The position numbers were made by a program, and so were the translations under genes. From NCBI GenBank assembly GCA_964460315.1, contig CAYWPQ010000002.1, positions 20,926-84,925 on the forward strand: a stretch of 64,000 bases of DNA, read 5' to 3'. The DNA is from an uncultured Bordetella sp. (GTDB lineage Bacteria; Pseudomonadota; Gammaproteobacteria; Burkholderiales; Burkholderiaceae_A). This document shows positions 28,841 through 41,215 of this stretch, one piece after another (the first letter of the stretch is position 1; each line of letters starts with the position of its first letter). The notes below the pieces were generated by a model that searched no databases, had not been told where the DNA came from, and was given only the letters and a program-made list of their open reading frames with translations.

Positions 28841-30259
28841 ATGCTGAAAAAGCATCGTCATCTCTGGCTTGCGGCTTGCCTCACAGCCTTGGGGTTTTCG
28901 TGGTCTGTGTCAGCCGCCTGGGCAAGCGCCGCAAAACCCACGCTCGATCGAACGCTGCCCAATGGCATGCGGGTTCTGGTCTATGAAAATCCACGGGCAC
29001 CCACGGCCTTGCACATGGTCTGGGTTCGGGCGGGGTCGATTGACGAAACCAATGGCCGCACGGGGCTTGCGCATGTTCTTGAACACATGATGTTCAAAGG
29101 AACTCAAAGCCTTGCGCCGGGCGAGTTCAGCCGGCGGGTTGCTGCCCTTGGAGGCCGCGAGAATGCATTCACGGCCAAGGACTACACCGGTTATTTTCAG
29201 CAGGTTCATAAAGACGCACTTCAAGAGGTGATGCGACTCGAGGCCGACCGGCAACGATTCCTTGTGTTCAATCAAGACGAGTTCGACAAAGAAATTCAAG
29301 TGGTGATGGAGGAGCGCAGACTTCGAACCGACGACAACCCTTCAAGTCTGGCCTACGAGACCCTCATGGCTCAGGCTTTTCATGCCAATCCAGTGCGCAA
29401 TCCCATCATTGGATGGATGAACGATCTTGAAAACCTCACGCTGGATGACGTCAAGCATTGGTACGCCACGTGGTATGCCCCCAACAATTTGATTCTTGTG
29501 GTGGCGGGTGATGTAAAGTCCGATCAGGTCTGGAAGTGGGCGCAAGAGCTCTATGGCCCTATGGAATCCAGAACACTGCCGGCACGAAAGCCGCAGCTCG
29601 AACCCCAACAGAACGGAACCCGACGTGTGGCCTTGCGCGCGCCCGCGAAAAATCCGTTCTTGATGATGGCTTACAAGTCGCCCGTGCTCAACGAGTCGCT
29701 GGGTCCTTTAAGCCTGCAATCCGAGCAGGCGCGTGATCTCGTGGCGCTTGATGTCCTTGGCACCCTTCTTGATGACCCAGGCACGGGAAGGCTCACCAAG
29801 CGTCTCGTGCGTGAGGAGCGCAGTGCAATCTCCGTGAGCGCAGGGGCCACCGGCATTAGTCGAGGGCCCGGCTTGTTTTATATCGATGTCACGCCTTCGG
29901 AAGGGGTGACGCTTGGCGCTCTCGAGGCGAAGATTAAAGAAGAGATTGCTCGAATTGCGAAAGACGGAGTGGAGGAGCGCGAGCTTGCGCGAGTGAAACG
30001 TCAGGCCAAAGCCAGCCAGGTCTTTCGTCAGGACTCCACCTTTTCCCTGGCGATGGAGGCCGCGCGACTCTTGCTGGCCAATCGAAGCCTCAATGATTCA
30101 GAAGATTGGCTGAAACTTCTTGATGACATTCGTAGCGAAGACCTTCAGCGGGTGGCGGGACGCTATTTTTTAGACACCCAGCTGACCGCACTTGAGTTCG
30201 AACCTCTGCCACTGTCACAGGCCGCGCCCCGGTCCGCGCCTCCCGGCCTTCGCCACTAG
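28841..30259 (+). CDS. M16 family zinc peptidase (active subunit)
   Basis: Signal peptide and inverted zincin motif HVLEHMMFKGT with downstream ENAFT. Confidence 0.85.
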   Translation: MLKKHRHLWLAACLTALGFSWSVSAAWASAAKPTLDRTLPNGMRVLVYENPRAPTALHMVWVRAGSIDETNGRTGLAHVLEHMMFKGTQSLAPGEFSRRVAALGGRENAFTAKDYTGYFQQVHKDALQEVMRLEADRQRFLVFNQDEFDKEIQVVMEERRLRTDDNPSSLAYETLMAQAFHANPVRNPIIGWMNDLENLTLDDVKHWYATWYAPNNLILVVAGDVKSDQVWKWAQELYGPMESRTLPARKPQLEPQQNGTRRVALRAPAKNPFLMMAYKSPVLNESLGPLSLQSEQARDLVALDVLGTLLDDPGTGRLTKRLVREERSAISVSAGATGISRGPGLFYIDVTPSEGVTLGALEAKIKEEIARIAKDGVEERELARVKRQAKASQVFRQDSTFSLAMEAARLLLANRSLNDSEDWLKLLDDIRSEDLQRVAGRYFLDTQLTALEFEPLPLSQAAPRSAPPGLRH

Positions 30260-30295
30260 CCAATCCCAACCCTTTGATTCATTGGTGACCTTATC

Positions 30296-31638
30296 TTGAT
30301 ATCCACTGCTCGACGTTTTTTTCTGATGATCGTGTTTGGCCCCATGGCGATGGCGCACGCCAACGTCGTCGAATGGACAACGGCCTATGGCACACGTGTT
30401 GTGTTCGTATCTGCACCCGAGATCCCGATGGTGGATGTCGCGGTCGACATCGATGCGGGCAGCCGCTGGGACCCCCCAGCCCAGTCGGGCCTCGCGTCTC
30501 TGACCCTTGGCATGCTCTCCAAGGGGCTTCGGGCAGCGGATGGACAGCCCGCAATGACCGAGACCGAGGTGAGTGAAGCTTTCGCGGAGCTGGCTGTTCA
30601 GCGAGCGGGAGGCACATCGCTTGACCGTGCCAGCCTGAGCCTGCGCATGTTGAATGACACGGACATTCAAGAGCGTGCAGCCTTGCTTGGCTCGCGCCTG
30701 CTGCATCATCCCCAGTTTGACCCGGCGATTCTCGATCGAGAAAAAGCGCGCACCATTGCAGCCATCGAAGAATCCATGACCCAGCCGCAGTCCATCGCCA
30801 CTCGTGCGCTGTGGCGGTCCATTTACCCTTCACACCCCTACGGTCAGTCGGCCACGCCGGAGTCCATCCGCTCAATCTCGGCGCAGTCACTCACGGAATT
30901 TCATCGTGACTATTGGAAGCCCAATCGCATGAGGGTCACGATTGTCGGTGCATTGACCGAGGCCCAGGCTCGTCAGCTGGTGGACCGAATGTTTGTCTAC
31001 GCAGCCAAGACGCAAGCCAGTCCAGTTTCAGCCATGTCCCAGCGCGGTGACTGGTCGACGAAAACTTCGGCCACGCGTCAATCGATCGCACACCCCGCCA
31101 GCCAGAGCCATGTCTGGCTGGGCCTGCCCGGCATCGCTCGAGACGACCCTGATTTTTTTGCAATGACTGTTGGCAATTACATTCTTGGCGGCGGTGGTTT
31201 TGTTGCAAGGCTTACCGAAGAAATTCGTGAAAAGCGCGGGCTTTCTTACAGCGTGTTTAGCGCCTTTCAGCCGCTTGCTCAGCCAGGCCCTTTTTTGATC
31301 GGCCTTCAGACCCAACGTGCCAAAGCACCTGAGGCCTTAGAAGTGGTGCGGGCGACGGTTAAACGCTTTCTGAAAGACGGTCCAACAGCGGAGGAGATCA
31401 AGGCTGCCCAACAGAACCTTGTTGGCGGCTTTGCCTTGCGCGTGGACAGCAATCGAAAGCTGCTGGACAACTATGCACAGATGAATTTCTACGACATGCC
31501 TTTGGATTATCTTCAGACCTGGTCATCCAAGATTGCTGCTGTGACAGCAGACGATGTCCGCCGAGTGATGACCCGAGTGCTGCAACCGGAGCAGATGTCG
31601 GTGGTGGTGGTGGCGGGGCCGGAGGGATTTCAGCCCTA

Positions 31639-31639
<1 letters not shown>
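30296..31639 (+). CDS. M16 family peptidase-like protein (no HxxEH; probably non-catalytic partner)
   Basis: Signal peptide and M16 fold pattern, but GLASLTLGML sits where HxxEH would be; TTG start. Confidence 0.8.
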
Positions 31640-32695
<1,056 letters not shown>

Positions 32696-32734
32696 CCCGA
32701 GATCTTCTCCGGATCTCTCTCGAGCTCACCGTCC

Positions 32735-33010
32735 ATGGCCCTTTTCATCACTGACCAATGCATCAACTGTGATGTCTGTGAGCCCGTCTGTCCGAATGAT
32801 GCGATCAGCATGGGCCAGGAAATTTATGAGATCGCCCCCGAGCGCTGCACCGAGTGTGTGGGGCATTTTGATGAGCCTCAGTGTCAGGTGGTCTGTCCGG
32901 TGGCCTGCATTGAGGTGAGCCCGGACTGGATCGAGACGCGCGACCAGCTCATGGTCAAGGTTCAGGCGCTTGGAACCCTGCCCGCGCCGCAAGAGGATAA
33001 AGCGCGATAA
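32735..33010 (+). CDS. YfhL-type 4Fe-4S dicluster ferredoxin
   Basis: MALFITDQCINCDVCEPVCP plus a second CxxC...C...CP cluster. Confidence 0.85.
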   Translation: MALFITDQCINCDVCEPVCPNDAISMGQEIYEIAPERCTECVGHFDEPQCQVVCPVACIEVSPDWIETRDQLMVKVQALGTLPAPQEDKAR

Positions 33011-33040
33011 TAGGCGCTTAGTCTTTTTCGAGAACTCTTC

Positions 33041-34135
33041 ATGGCACTTCAATGCGGCATCGTCGGTCTGCCCAACGTCGGCAAATCCACCCTTTTTAAT
33101 GCACTCACCAAGGCAGGCATCGCGGCGGAAAACTACCCTTTTTGCACCATCGAGCCCAATGTCGGGATTGTCGAAGTGCCTGATCCACGGCTTGCCAAGC
33201 TTGCCGAAATCGTCAAGCCCGAACGCATTCTTCCGGCCACGGTAGAGTTTGTGGACATCGCGGGCCTGGTTGCGGGCGCAAGCAAAGGCGAAGGCCTTGG
33301 CAACCAGTTTCTGGCAAACATCCGTGAAACAGATGCCATCGTGAATGTGGTCCGCTGTTTTGATGACGACAATGTGATTCATGTCAATGGCCGCGTGGAC
33401 CCTTTGGCCGATATTGAAACCATTGAAACTGAACTTGCTTTGGCTGATCTGGCCAACGTGGAAAAGCAGATCACCAAAACGGCGAAGCTTGCGAAGTCAG
33501 GTAACGACAAAGAGGCGGTCAAGCTCTTGGCGGTTCTCGAGAAATGCCGCGCTCAGCTTGATCAGGCTAAGCCCATACGCGCTCTGTCGCTTGATACCGA
33601 CGAACTTGCCTTGATTCAGCCCTTCTGCCTGATTACGGCAAAGCCCGCTATGTTTGTCGGCAACGTGGCCGAAGGCGGGTTTGCCAACAACCCCCACCTG
33701 GAAAAGCTTCAGGCCTATGCCCAGGCGCAGAAGGCGCCTGTGGTGGCCATCTGCGCCGCCATTGAGGCCGAGATTGCCGACATGCCCGACGAAGACAAGC
33801 AGGTGTTCTTAAGTGATATGGGCATGGACGAGCCCGGATTGAATCGATTAATTCGCGCGGGTTTTTCACTGCTGGGTCTGCAGACCTACTTCACGGCCGG
33901 CGTGAAGGAAGTGCGCGCCTGGACCGTTCGTATTGGTGCCACGGCCCCTCAGGCTGCAGGTGTCATTCACACCGACTTCGAACGTGGCTTCATTCGTGCC
34001 GAGGTCACAGCCTACGACGACTACATTGCGCTGAAAGGCGAACAGGGCGCCAAAGAGGCTGGAAAGATGCGGCTCGAGGGCAAGGACTACATCGTCAAGG
34101 ACGGCGATGTCATGCACTTCCGGTTTAACGTCTAA
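33041..34135 (+). CDS. ychF: Redox-regulated ribosome-binding ATPase YchF
   Basis: [25 protein letters not shown]-terminal TGS-like domain [11 protein letters not shown]. Confidence 0.95.
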   Translation: MALQCGIVGLPNVGKSTLFNALTKAGIAAENYPFCTIEPNVGIVEVPDPRLAKLAEIVKPERILPATVEFVDIAGLVAGASKGEGLGNQFLANIRETDAIVNVVRCFDDDNVIHVNGRVDPLADIETIETELALADLANVEKQITKTAKLAKSGNDKEAVKLLAVLEKCRAQLDQAKPIRALSLDTDELALIQPFCLITAKPAMFVGNVAEGGFANNPHLEKLQAYAQAQKAPVVAICAAIEAEIADMPDEDKQVFLSDMGMDEPGLNRLIRAGFSLLGLQTYFTAGVKEVRAWTVRIGATAPQAAGVIHTDFERGFIRAEVTAYDDYIALKGEQGAKEAGKMRLEGKDYIVKDGDVMHFRFNV

Positions 34136-34698
34136 AGCGAGTGCAGTGCGCGCTGCGCAGCAGTCACCTGACCACTCAGGATATTGGGTAGTTCTTTGAC
34201 GATTCGATCCAAGGCGTGGTCAATCGATGTCTTTTCCTCTGCTCGCGGCGCATTCAACACAAAGGCAGCGACATCTTGCGCAAGGCCAAGTGTCCTTGGA
34301 TGGCCAATGCCCACGCGAAGTCGCCAGAAGTTGGGTGAGCCAAGATGCGATTCAATGTCTCGCACTCCATTGTGGCCTCCATGGCCACCACCTTGCTTCA
34401 GGCGAATGCCGCCCGGTGGAAGATCAAGTTCGTCATGAATGACAAGAATGTCTTCAGGCGTCAGGCGATGGAATCGGGCAAATGCACCCACCGCCTCGCC
34501 TGAGGCATTCATGAATGTGGCGGGCTTCATCAGCCAGCGGTCTTCCCCGACCAGGCGTTGACGTGCCAGGTCGGCTTTGAATCGAGATTCACGCGCCCAT
34601 CCCAATGGGGCGAGCTGATCCAGCAGCCAGAAGCCGACATTGTGCCGATGGCCGCTGTATTGCGCACCAGGGTTGCCGAGGCCAACAATCAGTTTCAT
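34132..34698 (-). CDS. pth: Peptidyl-tRNA hydrolase
   Basis: [30 protein letters not shown]. Confidence 0.95.
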   Translation of the reverse strand: MKLIVGLGNPGAQYSGHRHNVGFWLLDQLAPLGWARESRFKADLARQRLVGEDRWLMKPATFMNASGEAVGAFARFHRLTPEDILVIHDELDLPPGGIRLKQGGGHGGHNGVRDIESHLGSPNFWRLRVGIGHPRTLGLAQDVAAFVLNAPRAEEKTSIDHALDRIVKELPNILSGQVTAAQRALHSL

Positions 34699-34711
34699 CG
34701 TGAAGAGGAAT

Positions 34712-34747
34712 TAAAAAAACCGCCCGACATGATCTGAATCGGGCGGT
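34712..34747 (-). terminator. Rho-independent terminator after rplY
   Basis: 9-bp stem (34719-34727 / 34739-34747), 11-nt loop, then a T7 run on the minus strand. A second 9-bp hairpin lies at 34774-34803. Confidence 0.7.
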
Positions 34748-34819
34748 TTCGGGGTTGCAACCTTGGGGGCACCTTGAATGCTCAGTGTCGCTTCAGCATT
34801 CAACTTGCCCCAGGCCGAC

Positions 34820-35443
34820 TTAGGCGGCAGGCTTGGCGTCAGCCGCGGGAGCTGCGCCTGGAGCAGCAGCATCATCGCCACCACCACCGGGTACGGAGGC
34901 CACCACCACGGTTGGGTTCTCACCGGCATGCAAGACCAGGGTCACGCCGGCAGGCAGCACCAGGTCACGAGCATGAATGGAGTGGCCCACGGCAAGGGTT
35001 GAAAGATCGACCTCGATGAACTCGGGAAGATCTTTGGGCAGACAGGACACCAAAACGTCATTCAGCACGTGGCTGACGATGGCGCCAGCGAGTTTGACGG
35101 CCGGTGACGATTCCTGATTCTTGAAGTGGAGAGGCACCTTGGTCTGAAGCTTGGCTTTGGCATCAATGCGCTGAAAGTCAACGTGAAGGACCAGAGGCTT
35201 GTAAGGATGCATCTGGTAGTCACGCAGCAAAACCTGTTCGCTTTTGCCGTTGATTTCCAAGTCAAGAATCGACGAATGAAATGATTCAACCTTCAGGGCC
35301 AACAAAATGGGGTTGTGATCCATTTCAATATTGGCGGGGGCTTTCTGGGCGCCATAGACAATTCCTGGCACCTTGCCGCTACGACGCAGACGGCGGCTCG
35401 CACCCGATCCCTGCACCTCACGGGAAGTGGCTACTACTTTCAT
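34820..35443 (-). CDS. rplY: 50S ribosomal protein L25 / general stress protein Ctc
   Basis: [15 protein letters not shown] and a two-domain Ctc form with Ala/Pro-rich tail; ATG 35443 with AAGGAG RBS preferred over TTG 35458. Confidence 0.9.
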   Translation of the reverse strand: MKVVATSREVQGSGASRRLRRSGKVPGIVYGAQKAPANIEMDHNPILLALKVESFHSSILDLEINGKSEQVLLRDYQMHPYKPLVLHVDFQRIDAKAKLQTKVPLHFKNQESSPAVKLAGAIVSHVLNDVLVSCLPKDLPEFIEVDLSTLAVGHSIHARDLVLPAGVTLVLHAGENPTVVVASVPGGGGDDAAAPGAAPAADAKPAA

Positions 35444-35455
35444 CAACAACTCCTT

Positions 35456-35486
35456 CAATAAAACATGCCGATTTCACAAGGCATGT
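35456..35486 (-). terminator. Hairpin / weak intrinsic terminator between prs and rplY
   Basis: 7-bp stem ACATGCC/GGCATGT (35463-35469 / 35480-35486) followed on the minus strand by TTTATTG. Confidence 0.45.
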
Positions 35487-35553
35487 GGGCTAAAAACCTT
35501 TCCGATGGATGGGCTGCCGCGACCAGCAGACCGTTCTTCAAGAAAGGAGAAAC

Positions 35554-36534
35554 TTATTCAACAAAGAGCGAACTCACCGAGTCCGACTTCACAATTCTTA
35601 AGATGGTTTCCGCCACCAAGCCTGCACATGAGAGCGCACGGATTTTTTGGCAGGCCTGCCCCTCTTTTGACAAAGGAATGGAATCGGTCACCACCAGTTC
35701 ATCAAGCGCGGATTGGGCGACTCGATCAATCGCTCCGCCCGAAAGGACAGGGTGGGTGCAATAGGCAACGACACGCTTGGCGCCGTGTTCCTTTAATGCC
35801 TGGGCGGCCCGGGTGAGCGTGCCGGCGGTGTCCACCATGTCATCCATGATCATGCAGACGCGGCCTTCGACATCACCGATGATGTTCATCACTTCAGAGA
35901 CATTGGCCTTTGGACGACGCTTGTCGATGATGGCCAGGTCACAGTCCATCTGTTTGGCAAAGGCACGGGCGCGGACGACACCGCCAACATCGGGTGAGAC
36001 CACCATCAGGTCGGAGTAGGTCTGCTGCCAGACGTCCGCCAGGATGATGGGGGCGGCGTAAATATTGTCGACCGGAATATCGAAAAAACCCTGGATCTGG
36101 TCGGAGTGGAGATCCATGGTGAGCACACGATCAACACCAACGCTTTGCAGCATGTTGGCCACGACTTTGGCGCTAATGGGGACTCGTGATGAACGCACAC
36201 GACGGTCTTGGCGTGCGTAACCGAAGTAGGGAATGGCGGCCGTGATTCGTTCGGCAGAGGCGCGACGCAGGGCATCGCACATGAGCATGACTTCCATCAG
36301 GTGGTCGTTGGCTGGCGCGCAGGTGGACTGAAGAACCACGCAATGGCGTCCGCGAACATGTTCGAGAATCTCGACGGTGGCCTCACCGTCGCTGAATTGT
36401 GCAACGTTGGCGCGACCCACGCGGGTGTTGAGATGGCGGGCGACGTCGGCGGCAAGCTTCGGATTGGCATTGCCAGTGAAGATCATGAGCCCTTCGGGGG
36501 CACCGCTTTCGCTCGTTAACATGCGGTCGACCAT
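35554..36534 (-). CDS. prs: Ribose-phosphate pyrophosphokinase
   Basis: [47 protein letters not shown]. Confidence 0.95.
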   Translation of the reverse strand: MVDRMLTSESGAPEGLMIFTGNANPKLAADVARHLNTRVGRANVAQFSDGEATVEILEHVRGRHCVVLQSTCAPANDHLMEVMLMCDALRRASAERITAAIPYFGYARQDRRVRSSRVPISAKVVANMLQSVGVDRVLTMDLHSDQIQGFFDIPVDNIYAAPIILADVWQQTYSDLMVVSPDVGGVVRARAFAKQMDCDLAIIDKRRPKANVSEVMNIIGDVEGRVCMIMDDMVDTAGTLTRAAQALKEHGAKRVVAYCTHPVLSGGAIDRVAQSALDELVVTDSIPLSKEGQACQKIRALSCAGLVAETILRIVKSDSVSSLFVE

Positions 36535-36562
36535 GGTGTTTTGTATATGGGCTCAGTCAGTT

Positions 36563-36639
36563 TGGCTGGGGAGGAAGGATTCGAACCCTCGAATGCCGGA
36601 ATCAAAATCCGGTGCCTTAACCAACTTGGCGACTCCCCA
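36563..36639 (-). tRNA. tRNA-Gln (anticodon UUG)
   Basis: 77-nt cloverleaf folded by hand: acceptor UGGGGAG/CUCCCCA, anticodon stem CCGGA/UCCGG with loop UUUUGAU, T-loop GGTTCGAATCC, encoded CCA. Confidence 0.9.
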
Positions 36640-36694
36640 ACAGGACACAACGTTTTCTGCAACTTGCACTGACACGGCGGGACCTGACGGGGGT

Positions 36695-37642
36695 TTAGCC
36701 CTGCCTCGAGCGGGTTGGAATGGTCTGGCAGACTCTCAGGTGTCGAAGGCCTAAACCTTGACCGGATCTCTGAGCGTCGGCCTGCAGCATTTCAACCTGC
36801 GATTTCAACGTTTCGGCTGCCTCTTTCGAGGGTGCAGTGCAGAACACCGCGCCTCCCGAACCCGACATCCGAACCGCCGCGGGTGCAATTTTTTCGCTTT
36901 CAGCCGCCTTTAAAAACCATCGAAGCACCTGGTCCACTTCTGGAAATCGAGCCCGAGTTACGGGCTCAAGATCGTTGTGGCCAAAGTCCCAGACGGGATT
37001 TAAGGCAAATTGAGCGAAGTCAGCGATTTTCAAGGGTTTGGAATTGCGTGTCAATTCGGGCGCCTGAAAAATTGGGCCGGTGGCGACGGCGCAGCTTGGC
37101 ACCCCAACCACCACCCAACGGGCCCGGCTTGCCAGTGGTAGCAGATTTTCACCAACGCCTTGCGCAAAGGCTGACTGACCCACCAGGAAAAAGGGAACAT
37201 CGGCTCCGAGTGTCAGCCCAATTTCAGCGAGTTCCTGTCGGGACAGACCCAGCCGCCATAGGGTGTTCAGGCCCATGAGGGTGGTGGCGGCGTCTGAACT
37301 TCCCCCGCCAAGGCCGGCGCCTGCGGGAATGGTTTTGGTCACTGTAATCACGGCGCCTGGTGCTCCAGCCTGTTTCCACGCGGGCGTTTGCTGCAAGGCT
37401 TTGGCTGCTCGGAAGGCAAGATCCTCGGATTCTGGGCCCAGCAAGTCACCCTGACGGACAACGCCCGGGGCGCTTGTCCGGTCAAAAATGAGCTCATCAA
37501 ACCAATCAATCGACTCAAAAACGCTCTGCAGCAGGTGGTAGCCGTCGGGGCGGCGCCCGATCACATGCAAAAAGAGGTTGATCTTCGCTGGCGCCAGCCA
37601 GCGTTGGCTTGGAGACTTCGTTGAAAACTCAGGGTCAGTCAT
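36695..37642 (-). CDS. ispE: 4-diphosphocytidyl-2-C-methyl-D-erythritol kinase
   Basis: APAKINLFLHVIGRRPDGYH, PAGAGLGGGSSDAA. Confidence 0.9.
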   Translation of the reverse strand: MTDPEFSTKSPSQRWLAPAKINLFLHVIGRRPDGYHLLQSVFESIDWFDELIFDRTSAPGVVRQGDLLGPESEDLAFRAAKALQQTPAWKQAGAPGAVITVTKTIPAGAGLGGGSSDAATTLMGLNTLWRLGLSRQELAEIGLTLGADVPFFLVGQSAFAQGVGENLLPLASRARWVVVGVPSCAVATGPIFQAPELTRNSKPLKIADFAQFALNPVWDFGHNDLEPVTRARFPEVDQVLRWFLKAAESEKIAPAAVRMSGSGGAVFCTAPSKEAAETLKSQVEMLQADAQRSGQGLGLRHLRVCQTIPTRSRQG

Positions 37643-38186
37643 GGATGGTTCGTAAGCTTAGTCGGAGCTCTCCGATGGTGAATTCCGTTTCGGAAGGCGC
37701 GCGTGTTGAATTTTGGCTGCTGACCTCTGAAGCCTCCACATGTCTGAGCAGCCGGGCGGCGAAATCCATCGCCATCAGTGGGCTCAGCCAGTCAGTCTGC
37801 CCCAAAAGCATGTTGAGTTGATGGGTGAGTTCGGTCGGCGAGAGATTTCGGCCCCTTCCATCTCTGGCCATCAGTTGGTCGCCGACCTGTTCCAACGAGC
37901 CAAGCGATTGATTCATCGGCCCATAGAGATGAAGCTGGGTGCCAAGACTCTTGGTGGCAAGGCTTCGGGTTCGTAGAAGCTCAAACCCTCCCTGGGCCCC
38001 GCGAGTCGATCCGCTCGGGTCGACCACACGAAGAACGAACCGACCTGTCTGACTGCTCATCACCACGATCTCTTCAGAACCTGGGCGGTCGATGGCCTGA
38101 AGGGGGTTGGATCCGCTTGCACAGGCGGAAAGAAGGCAGACCACAGCGATGGCCAGTACAGCCTTCAGCAAGCGGCTTTTGGGCAT
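37635..38186 (-). CDS. lolB: Outer membrane lipoprotein LolB
   Basis: Lipobox LLSAC after a signal peptide and the conserved TPR-lolB-ispE position; ATG 38186 chosen (ORF open to 38252). Confidence 0.75.
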   Translation of the reverse strand: MPKSRLLKAVLAIAVVCLLSACASGSNPLQAIDRPGSEEIVVMSSQTGRFVLRVVDPSGSTRGAQGGFELLRTRSLATKSLGTQLHLYGPMNQSLGSLEQVGDQLMARDGRGRNLSPTELTHQLNMLLGQTDWLSPLMAMDFAARLLRHVEASEVSSQNSTRAPSETEFTIGELRLSLRTIHD

Positions 38187-38232
38187 GCGTTCCGGATGAG
38201 CCTCATGCGAAGCCTCGGAGGCACGCCATGAG

Positions 38233-39261
38233 TCATTGGCCCGGATGAACACGAAGCGGAGAAATTCCCAAGCGTTTCAGCGTACTCAGCAAGACTTCGT
38301 TGCGCGGGTCGACCTGAAATGCGCGTTTTAAGAAGATCTCGGCTTCGTCTTTGCGCCCCTTCACCCAGAGCACCTCGCCAAGATGGGTTGAGATCTCCGC
38401 ATCTGGCTGTTGTTCATGAGCCATGCGAAGGTATTTCTCGGCAAGGTCGAGCTTACCGAGCCTGAAATAGATCCAGCCCATGCTGTCGGTGATGTGGGCA
38501 TCTTGAGGTGCAAGCTGGTGGGCGGTTTGAATCAATTTCAAAGCCTCATCAAGTCGCTCGTTCCGGTCGGCCAGGTGATAGCCAAGTGCATTGTGGGCGT
38601 GAGCATGCTGGGGATGGTCGCGAATCAGTTGCTGAAGAATTCGCTCCATCGTTTTGTGGTCACCGGCACGCTCATGAAGCATCGCTCGGGTGTAGCTTAC
38701 CGAAGGGCTGTTTTGATCAGGCTGGCTGACCGCTTCAAACAACCGCAAGCCTTCCTGCCGATTCGGTGCACGCCCGGCAAGGCTCGCAAGATAATCATAG
38801 AAACCATCAAGTTTGCCGTTGGCTTGAGCCTCCTGGCGACGAACTCCGAGCGACCCAATGAGATCGCGGGTTTTTCCTTGCACGAGGCGCAGCAGGTCCA
38901 GGGTGTTCTCGGCCTCAAAATCATTGGGGGCGCTGGCCTGCCAGATCACCGCGGCTTCCTCGGCGTGAGCGGGAAGTCTTGCTTCAATGCAGAGCTCGGT
39001 GGCGCGCTTGGCGGCAACCGGGTCCCGAGTCTGCTTGGCAACGCTCAGATAGGTCACGGCCGCCACACCGAGTTCGCCCTGAGCAAGCGCAAGTTCGCTG
39101 GCCAGAATCTGAAAAACATAACCCGCCTGTTCCTGTGCCGGTGTTAAGGTTCGTTCAGGCTGAGGTTCAGATCGCGCCTTAGCCTCTGATTGAACGCCTG
39201 TGGCCAAGCCAAGCCCCACACTGATGGCCAAGAACAAGGACAATGATTTTCGAACATTCAT
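38233..39261 (-). CDS. Tetratricopeptide-repeat protein (periplasmic)
   Basis: Signal peptide and repeated TPR-like helical pairs (AHNALGYHLADRNERLDEALKLI, MGWIYFRLGKLDLAEKYL). Confidence 0.7.
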   Translation of the reverse strand: MNVRKSLSLFLAISVGLGLATGVQSEAKARSEPQPERTLTPAQEQAGYVFQILASELALAQGELGVAAVTYLSVAKQTRDPVAAKRATELCIEARLPAHAEEAAVIWQASAPNDFEAENTLDLLRLVQGKTRDLIGSLGVRRQEAQANGKLDGFYDYLASLAGRAPNRQEGLRLFEAVSQPDQNSPSVSYTRAMLHERAGDHKTMERILQQLIRDHPQHAHAHNALGYHLADRNERLDEALKLIQTAHQLAPQDAHITDSMGWIYFRLGKLDLAEKYLRMAHEQQPDAEISTHLGEVLWVKGRKDEAEIFLKRAFQVDPRNEVLLSTLKRLGISPLRVHPGQ

Positions 39262-39296
39262 GGTTCTAGACTATCCCATTCTTCACGCACGCTGTC

Positions 39297-40145
39297 ATGC
39301 CCGAATTACCCGAGGTTGAAGTCACGGCCCGACACCTTCGTCAATCGATCGAGGGCTCGGTGCTGCTTAGTTTTCGGTCGAGTGGCAAACGGCTTCGCTA
39401 TCCCATTCCTGAGAAGGCCCTGCGGGGTCTGGTCGGTCAGCCGGTCGTGTCGATCACACGTCGTGCCAAATACCTCATCATTGAATTTCCAGCGGGTCGA
39501 CTTGTCGCCCATCTGGGAATGTCGGGCGTCATGCGCTGCATGCAGCCGGGCCTTCCCATGGCGCTGCATGACCATCTTCAGTGTCGTTTCCGTCGCGGTG
39601 ATCAGGTGGAATGTGACATGGTCTTTCATGACCCTCGACGTTTCGGATCGATCCAGTGGATTGATCACGCATCCGCCAAAGACCCCGAACTGTTTTCGGC
39701 CGTGCTTGGCCCGAGTGCTCGCGGCCTTGAGCCGCTGGATGATGCATTCCATGGCGGCTTTCTGTTTCAGCAGTCGCGTGGCCGATCCACACCCATCAAG
39801 CCATGGCTGATGTCGGGCCAGGAGGTGGTTGGTGTCGGAAACATCTATGCCTGTGAGGCCTTGTTTGCCAGCGGGATTCACCCCAAGCGGTCGGCGGGGT
39901 CAATTTCCAGAGCGCGTTTTGACAGACTTGCGCAGGCGGTGAAGGCGATTCTTGCTCGGGCCATTGACGCTGGGGGAAGTTCCATTCGAGATTTCGTTGG
40001 GGCCGATGGTCGGGCGGGCCGTTATGGGCAAAGCCATCAGGTCTATGGTCGAGAGGGCCTTGCATGCCCGCAATGCACGCGCGCCGTGAAGCGGATGGTG
40101 CAGCAGCAGCGAAGCACGTTTTACTGCGCGGGATGCCAGCGTTGA
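39297..40145 (+). CDS. mutM: Formamidopyrimidine-DNA glycosylase
   Basis: MPELPEVE N-terminus, H2TH region, C-terminal zinc finger CPQC...CAGC. Confidence 0.95.
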   Translation: MPELPEVEVTARHLRQSIEGSVLLSFRSSGKRLRYPIPEKALRGLVGQPVVSITRRAKYLIIEFPAGRLVAHLGMSGVMRCMQPGLPMALHDHLQCRFRRGDQVECDMVFHDPRRFGSIQWIDHASAKDPELFSAVLGPSARGLEPLDDAFHGGFLFQQSRGRSTPIKPWLMSGQEVVGVGNIYACEALFASGIHPKRSAGSISRARFDRLAQAVKAILARAIDAGGSSIRDFVGADGRAGRYGQSHQVYGREGLACPQCTRAVKRMVQQQRSTFYCAGCQR

Positions 40146-41215
40146 CCCAACCCTTACTCTCATTTGCAGAGCGCCTGATTGACTGGCAGCAGAAACACGG
40201 CCGGCACGACCTGCCATGGCAACAAAAAGCTTCCGACCCGAACCAACATGCGTATCAGGTGTGGGTGTCTGAGGTCATGCTGCAACAGACTCAGGTTCAG
40301 ACCGTGGTGCCTTACTTCCTGCGTTGGATGTCGAAGTTTCCAAACCTGACAACACTGGCCTGCGCCAGGGAGGATGAGGTTCTCGCCCTCTGGTCGGGGC
40401 TGGGCTACTATCGCCGCGCCCGGTACCTGCACGCCTGCGCGCGGGAGATTCAACAAAACCATGGTGGGCGATTTCCGGCGTCGGCCGATCAGCTTGCTGC
40501 GCTTCCTGGCATTGGCCGATCCACGGCGGCGGCCATTGCGTCAACGGTGTTTGGCGAACGCGTGGCCATTCTTGATGGCAATGTGAAGCGAGTCTTGGCA
40601 CGGCACACTGCCGCACAGGCGCCATGGCAAAGTGCTGAACTCGAGCGCAGCCTCTGGCGTGAGGCGGAACTCAGACTGCCACATCGCGAAGTCTCTCGAT
40701 ACACCCAGGCCATCATGGATCTTGGCGCCATGGTCTGCAAACCACGAAATCCTCAGTGCGATCGCTGCCCCGTGGCGCTTGATTGCATGGCCTACATCAC
40801 TTCTTCGGTCAGCCTTTACCCGCGACCCAAGTTTAAACAAGCGCCGAAGCAGCTCACCATTTTCTGGGCGGTGTTTGTTTCGGAAAAAGGCGTTTGGCTT
40901 GAGCGACAGCCATTGGACGGACTATGGCCTGGTTTATGGACGCCCTGGCGGCTCAGTCTTGATGCGCCTCCTGAGGGTTGGTTTGAAAAAGGTTGCGGGC
41001 CGACCGAACACATCAGCATGCGCCATCAGCTGACCCATCGGCGCCTCGAGATTGAGGCTGGTGTTTTTCATTGGCCACGACGGCTGAGCCCTTCGCCGAA
41101 GCGCAACAATCTTCGTCACTTCGGCTGGGGCGAGGTACCTGGGTTGGCTTTACCCAAACCGGCATCCGACTTGCTTGCCAAGCTTGGGCAGAAGTTAGGC
41201 CTTGCCCTTTTGTGA
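40133..41215 (+). CDS. mutY: A/G-specific adenine DNA glycosylase
   Basis: WVSEVMLQQTQV, HhH-GPD (LPGIGRSTAAAI), 4Fe-4S loop CKPRNPQCDRCPVALDC, NUDIX-like C-terminus; ATG 40133 overlaps mutM end. Confidence 0.9.
   Translation: MPALTQPLLSFAERLIDWQQKHGRHDLPWQQKASDPNQHAYQVWVSEVMLQQTQVQTVVPYFLRWMSKFPNLTTLACAREDEVLALWSGLGYYRRARYLHACAREIQQNHGGRFPASADQLAALPGIGRSTAAAIASTVFGERVAILDGNVKRVLARHTAAQAPWQSAELERSLWREAELRLPHREVSRYTQAIMDLGAMVCKPRNPQCDRCPVALDCMAYITSSVSLYPRPKFKQAPKQLTIFWAVFVSEKGVWLERQPLDGLWPGLWTPWRLSLDAPPEGWFEKGCGPTEHISMRHQLTHRRLEIEAGVFHWPRRLSPSPKRNNLRHFGWGEVPGLALPKPASDLLAKLGQKLGLALL

Noticed and set aside
28751-28861. Upstream extension of the ftsY ORF
   Set aside because: It would overlap the start of the divergent M16 peptidase gene. 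The internal ATGs at 28750 and 28708 precede the conserved FtsY region.
34774-35019. His/Arg-rich 81-aa plus-strand ORF (…[17 protein letters not shown]…)
   Set aside because: It is antisense to the Ala/Pro/Gly-rich C-terminal tail of L25 and the rplY terminator region. It is a compositional artefact.
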